Source: Takakia lepidozioides (lineage: Eukaryota > Plantae > Bryophyta). From it: DNA of 64,000 nt. Of this stretch, positions 59,908 to 64,000 are shown in pieces. Positions within the stretch are counted from its first letter, which is position 1; each line of letters starts with the position of its first letter. The DNA is taken from NCBI GenBank assembly GCA_030704615.1, contig CM060732.1:25296001-25360000 (forward strand), written 5' to 3'. Position numbers and translations under genes: made by a program. A model generated the notes under the pieces. The model was not told the origin of the DNA, ran no database searches, and saw only the letters and a program-made list of their open reading frames with translations.

Positions 59908-62900
59908 TTACTCTTCTTCAGGCACCTCAGCTGTTTCCTCTTCATCTTGGAGGAGATTCTCACGATTATCATGGGCCCAAAATCCACGTACATCAGTAAG
60001 CATACTGGCTATAGTGCCCCCTTGCCGGCAGGCTAGCAAATCAGCCAATGTTATCTTCAAGGGGTCACTAGACTTCACCATGTCCCAAATCTCATCCCTC
60101 ACATCCTCTATGCAGAGATCATAGTTTCCTCCTTCTATCCACTTCCGATGGACATCCCTGGAACAACAAACACCCTATTAGAATAACAAGAAAACAACAC
60201 TCCCAAATTACATGCTACTGGTGAGCCCACCCCTGGAAGGAAGGGGTAAAAAATATCATTTACACTGGCTTCGGCCAGCATCATCTCTCTCTGGCTCGTG
60301 ATGAGCATAGCCACCTCGTAGATAGACATTACAAACTACTAGACACAATAACCCCATATCAGTTTCAAACTCTAACAACTGATATCACCATCCGCAGGCA
60401 GAGTTAACCAAATGTTTGGGCCATTGAGGCTTGCCAACCAGGATTCAAGGAGAGGAAGCAGGAAAATCCCCAGGGCTATATTTATTTAGGAAGAGAGTAT
60501 CGAGTAGCCAACATGGCTAAGTATTGCCACTCTTCTTTTCTTCCAGATGCTTGTGCTCACAGCAAATATTTTTCAACATGTGCACAATTCCACAAACAAT
60601 AAAATGAGGTACACAGGAGCAAAGCCACCACCAATGAGAAGCAGAAAAGAGAGAACAGTGAGAAAACTTTGTGCCGTGTCTTGAGGATACTCCCTTAAAT
60701 CCAACTTGAAATACTTGAAATATGAAATCTAGTGCAAGATGCAAAGGACAACGGACCTGAAGAGAGTGTGGACGTCCACCGTAGTGAGATAGCCCCGACC
60801 ATGGAGATCCAGGCACCGAAACAAATATGTTAACCCTTCAGGGGTCTCTCTGTTCTCTAGCGCCAAGACAAAGTCCAGGAAGCTCTCAAAGTCCATCTCT
60901 CGAGCTTTACCCCCGCTCCCTCGTCCACCCCTCCTCACATGCTCATCAAAAACTGTGCATAACCGCACAACACCAAGGACATGATACGACAGTTCAGTCC
61001 TTGGAGCACCAAGAAAAGCCCAGAAACACCCAAAACAAGAGAAACCACCACCAAGTTTGAGCCCAAACCAGAGAAGAGTAGCCCCGTCACTTAATTCGTA
61101 TCCATACTGTAGGAAAATGCTGCAACTTAGCAGCTTTCATAAGCACACACAAAGCAAGGTACAAGGATCACCCCATGCTGATGATGTTGCCAAATAAATT
61201 GGAGAGATGATCACACTATTATGTTGAACATGGAAATCAGCATACCTCGCTCAATGAAGATGTCAGTGAGCGTGCCATCAGCATACCCTTGCACTTCTTG
61301 CTTGCTCAGTGTGCCATTCATGTCTTTGTCCAATCCCAGAAACGTATCTAAATCAACCCACCCCATTACGCCCACGGGGTGTTACCAATTTCCAAAACAA
61401 CCCAGCAGCAGAGCAACTCAAGGATGCAACCAAAGGAACCATCCTCATAAGTATCGAGATGGCTCCATGCTTCCAATTAAAGATAACCAAAGAAGAAGAG
61501 CGGAGGAGATCTGATCTACGGTTAGAGAGATTTTCAGAGGAGAAAACCAGAAACAAACAGCAAAGAAAAGAAAAACAGAGCAACCAAAGGAAAGCCTGAT
61601 GGTTTTTCTAGAGCAAACCCCCTGGACTGTCTCTAAACTTTAAGGATAATGGGATTAGTCTTTCCCCCAAGTTTCACAAGCAAGGGTGTACCACAAATAC
61701 GTTGAGCACTGCTAAGAGAGAACCAATTGTCAGCAGCATCTGGCTCCGCCCCTTCCTCTTCAGTCTCCTACACATTATAGAGCATGAATCTCAAGTAAGA
61801 TACTAGAAAAATAAGCATTGAAAAATCACACTTGCAACCAATGTGATATCACTACCAGTGAAAGTTAGATTGCATTCAGCACAGAACGGAATCAAAACTT
61901 GTTGCCATGGATTTCAGTGAGATGAAACCTCAATAGCACTCTCAGTGCACAAGCTTTGCAGCAAGAAGCACCTGGTGGAGTTCCATAAGTTCTGCCAGGC
62001 AGTTGCTGAGCAGCACCTTCTTTATGCACAGCTTTCCTAAGCACTCCCCCACAAAGCAATGAACAAATGAGCTATCACAGAGAGCACTGGGCTGCTGTAT
62101 CATTAAATTAGGAACTAGGTAATCTTTATTAATCTAAAGAATCTGCGCAGATACTGGAAAAATGGATGGCGAGGAAACCCCATGACAGGCCACCACCATA
62201 AAAATTCAAATCATTAACTTTTAAATTCCTGTCTTTATATTGGAGGAAAAACTAAGGTGAAACTCTGGAATGGTAGGAACCCACATCAAGGGGTTTTTGT
62301 TAGCGAGATGGGTGGCAGTGTTGACAATGCAAGAATGATGGCCTTCAACACTACCATAGGTGCCCATGCTATTTATCTGGGCTCTGCTGAAGTAATTAAT
62401 TTCTCTTGAAGAACAGGTCTGGCAGACTTTATGGAATTTCTGCAGTTCCGGCAGTAACCATGATGACATATAATATAAAAGTACCATTTCCACTCATGTA
62501 TGGGTAGTTCAATGGTAGCCCGCTAGCTTTCTGTTAGAGCAGGTGCCGGGTTCAAATATTTGGCAATTCCGGCACTGGAAGAACATCAGTTAAAAATTTC
62601 CGGCAGCCTAATTTGATTTAATTATTGTCGGACAGCGTAGGCAGGTACGGTACTCACAGGTTACCTACCATGAACCAGTTCGGTCATGCGTGTAAATTAA
62701 CCCCAGCTTTCAGTGCTTGAAGGAGGAATGAGGATGGGGAGAGGAGAGATGTCAGACCTCGTCTGAGTGGATCACAGAAGAAGAAGAACTTGCGGGCAGC
62801 AATCCGACTGTACATGGACAAAAAGGGAGGGGGGATACTTCGTAGTTGCGCCAAGTTTGGAATAAGTCCTCGTATGTATGCCTCCATTTCCTAGACACCC

Positions 62901-63858
62901 ACAGATCTGATAAGCCTCAAGACTCAGAGGAAGTGGGAGGGGGATCCAGATGGCACGAGCACACATCTCTTTGGTTTCATTGGCCCTACCGTGCTCAGCT
63001 TTGCCCCCTATCTCTCGTTCACCTATGGGTACTGCACTTCTAGTCCTGAGGACTGCTAGTGATCTGCTAAGGGCAATTCACAAGCAAATCACAATCTCCC
63101 TTCAGAAAGAAGGCAAGGAAATTACATTGACAACAAGCAAACAGAACAGACTTAGGAAGAAGGTCAAACACTCGATGAATTGTGGAACGGTTCCAGGCTG
63201 CACAAAATCTCTGACATCTAAAGCACTTACATACCTGAGGTTGTAAGAAACCATCACCATCTTCATCAAGTTCACTCATGTCGATCCGGGCCTGTGTTAA
63301 AGACACCTGTAGCAAATTGCAACAACCAGGCCAGTCTGGTATGTCTAAGGGAAAGGAATGTATTTATCACCCACTGGGCACAGAATGCCAGTTTGTCCAG
63401 ATGCAGTCACTAATCCAAAGCACTGCCGAAGCTGAGCAAACATCAAAACAAGAGAAACCAATCTAAGACACAGGAACGTCAAAGCAACTACAGTGGATGT
63501 CAATTCCAACAATGTCAAACCACAGAACTGCCTACATCTCTGATAGAATGTACTCATAAGACGCCTAAATCTCCGATACAATGTACTCATAAGACGTTGT
63601 TTCCCGTAGCCTTGTGGCCATGGACCCTGCACCCAGTTTGAGCGGAACTAAATCTCTGATAGAGAGAGACAAGTAGCTAAGCTGTAGCTGTAGACTTACT
63701 GTGCGCATCACATAGAGGTAGAAGGGTAGGATAGCGATGCGCCCAAAGTCATCCTTCTCAAACTTCAAAAAGTTGCACGCTGAAAAAAAGCGCCGGCACT
63801 TTGAGCCAATCTGCTCTGTGCAGAGAGTTGCAATGTGACAGAAATCTTCATAGTTCAT
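59908..63858 (-). CDS. TON2: PP2A B'' regulatory subunit TON2/FASS, 3' part; exons 63858-63700, 63306-63235, 62890-62758, 62036-61972, 61767-61692, 61347-61246, 60952-60757, 60157-59908; 5' exons lie beyond the window
   Basis: GT-AG junctions keep the frame; ELDEDGDGFLQPQEMEAYIRGLIPNLAQL, FLGLDKDMNGTLSKQE, EMDFESFLDFVLALEN, RDEIWDMVK...DVRGFWAHDNRENLLQ. Confidence 0.96.
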
Positions 63859-64000
63859 CTGCACAATCCACCTCAAGATTTAGTATCTGAAGCAAATTTT
63901 GAACTAATTGCAATCATGGACATTCCTAGACAGCTTAGCTAGTCAGCTCACCTACTGCACACTTTGCCACAATTTTAAGCATGAGAGCATCAGACAAATA

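Noticed and set aside
63547-63597. AATGTACTCATAAGACG repeated twice in a TON2 intron
   Set aside because: Ordinary small local duplication.

Overview
Land-plant genomic DNA, probably a non-seed plant (inferred from gene and transposon content). Host genes are a 4-exon GRAM/GEM-like gene (17619-19485, -) with G-box/ABRE motifs, a mutated U6 snRNA copy that keeps its USE and TATA, a P-class PPR gene like At5g39980, and the 3' eight exons of TON2/FASS. The rest is nested mobile DNA. It includes an 11.8-kb PIF/Harbinger with a TTA TSD, hAT-type MITEs and a Crypton-like tyrosine-recombinase element with inverted repeats. It also includes a ~30-kb region marked by about 40 copies of a 16-bp palindrome (ACGGGAGATCTCCCGT), encoding a transposase-like, a ParB-like and an FCP1/NIF-like protein, with two LTR elements inserted in it. 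The main finding is a young Ty3/Gypsy element (25869-36531). Its Pol carries a DNMT3-like cytosine methyltransferase and a PHD finger. Its LTRs are circularly permuted (A...B-GC-A-B), as expected if a 2-LTR circle was opened and integrated at an internal palindromic site GACA|GC|TGTC, giving a 4-bp TSD. A diverged solo A-B unit at 39788-40295 suggests this is a lineage trait. All family assignments come from motifs recognised by eye; no searches were run.
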